Positions 56,171 to 64,000 of a DNA stretch of 64,000 nt are shown here, piece after piece. The notes below the pieces were generated by a model, which saw only the letters and a program-made list of their open reading frames with translations, did no database searches and was not told where the DNA came from. The stretch lies in the NCBI RefSeq assembly GCF_009914755.1, contig NC_060926.1; one strand, written 5' to 3'. The position numbers and the translations under genes were made by a program. Origin of the DNA: the human T2T-CHM13v2.0 reference genome, Homo sapiens. How positions within the stretch are numbered: the first letter of the stretch is position 1; the number at the start of each line of letters is the position of its first letter.

Positions 56171-56484
56171 AGTTTCTTTTATATACTCTAATCAAGAAAG
56201 TTTTTTATAAAAATAGATATTTGTTTATTATACAAATAATACAAATTTATCATACAAATAATATTTCCTATAGTATAATACATATTATAGAAAAAATTAG
56301 AAAATACTAATATCTAAATAGGAATTCTTTTTCTGTTATCCAAATACCTGCAGAGTCAAATAGTATGAATATACTTAAGGCTTTCAAAACATATAGCACA
56401 TGTATCATATACAAATATTTACTGTATAGGCAAATATACCATAAAAGCAGTACCAATTTGCCTTTTTACTTTCTTGCCCAGATC

Positions 56485-56811
56485 CAACTATGATCTAAGT
56501 GTTTTTTTCCCCAAAATCATATGTTGAAACATGTCAGCCCAAGGTGATAGTATTAAGAGTAGGTCCTTTGGGAGGTGATCAGGTCATGAGGGTGGAGCCT
56601 CATGGGGTCCCAGAGAGCTGCCTTGAGCCTTTCATCATGAGTTTATAGTGAGATGACTGCCTCTATGAAGGAAGCAAGCTCTCACCAGACGCTGAATCTG
56701 CTGGCACCTTGACCTTGGAATTCTCAGCCTCAAGAACTGTGAGAAATGTTTGTTGTTTGTGAACTATCTGGTTTATGTTATTTTGGTATCACAGCTTGAA
56801 CAGACTAAGAC
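56485..56811 (+). mobile_element. MLT1A-like solo LTR
   Basis: GGAGGTGATCAGGTCATGAGGGTGGAGCC...GAATCTGCTGGCACCTTGA...GACTAAGACA. Confidence 0.88.
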
Positions 56812-56848
56812 ACACCCACTCTACCATTACTAAAAATGATAAAATTTC

Positions 56849-57528
<680 letters not shown>

Positions 57529-57609
57529 ATCAAGATACTCATTTCTATAGACATATGTAGTATATGTAGCATATGTCTATAGAAATATGCTATATGTCTA
57601 GCATATAAC

Positions 57610-58330
57610 ACAATGAATACCTATATATTCCCTCACCCAGCTAAGACATAAAACATTGCTAATGTTGAAACTCTGTGTAATTTTCCTGGATTATATTCCC
57701 TTTCAATCACTTCTCTAGGAGTTACCATTATATTTTATTTGATATTTATCATTCCCATATTTTTAGAATACTTTTATTAGTTATTTATCTCTTAGCAAAT
57801 GATATTATTTTGCAAGTTTTTAAACTTAAGGTAAATGGCATCACAATGTATGTATTCTTCCACAGCTTGCCTTTTTTCATCAATACTGTGTTCGAGATAT
57901 ATATATATTAAAATGCATAACCCTATTTCATTCATTTTTACTACTGAGTAATAGTCCATGGTAATTTCATAATCTGTTTTTCTGTTGATAGCAATTTAGC
58001 TTATCAAGAACACTGCTATGTTAAACAATAATTCTATCAATATTTTTCCACAAATCTCCTAGGCAAGAGTATCTTTTGGTTAATGAGTGGAAATACTGGT
58101 CACAGGCTGTACGTATTTTCATAGAATGTTGCCACAGTATTTGTAGCAATTTCCATTCATCAGCATATAAAAGTTTATTTCTATACATCCTCACTAATAC
58201 TTAGTATCGTCAGACATTTACAAATTTGTCATTTTGGCAGGCATAAAACAATATCGCCCTATGGCTGTAATTTGCATTTTTTGATTACTTATGAGGTTGA
58301 TCATCTTTTTACTTGTTTATTGACCATTTG
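57610..58330 (-). mobile_element. L1ME-like 3' region
   Basis: TATGTATTCTTCCACAGCTTGC; TAATTTGCATTTTTTGATTACTTATGAGGTTGA. Confidence 0.7.
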
Positions 58331-58334
58331 TTTT

Positions 58335-64000
<5,666 letters not shown>

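Overview
Human (primate) non-coding genomic DNA: AT-rich and dominated by Alu, L1, L2, MIR, MaLR/ERV LTRs and TcMar/hAT/piggyBac DNA-transposon fossils. A textbook AluYa5 points to Homo sapiens. No spliced protein-coding exon was recognised. Three mRNA retrocopies lie within about 14 kb: a disabled TERF1 copy (PIN2 splice form, - strand), an HNRNPC C1 copy with a fully intact 293-codon ORF (+), and a disabled RNF11 copy (-). There is also a Y1 RNA pseudogene. From memory this combination fits 2q32 (HNRNPCP2/RNF11P1), but I did not verify that. The most unusual structures are: a four-level nested insertion (L2 > MER82 > Alu > HNRNPC copy); a ~210-bp inverted templated insertion just downstream of it; an old L1 that appears to keep its 5' end but stops inside ORF2 at an internal AATAAA/A-tract and is still flanked by an 18-bp TSD; an ancient ~250-bp local duplication; and several fold-back (quasi-palindrome) mutations. 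I see no evidence of a new multi-gene system. Repeat subfamily names come from remembered consensus sequences, and boundaries of old repeats are approximate.
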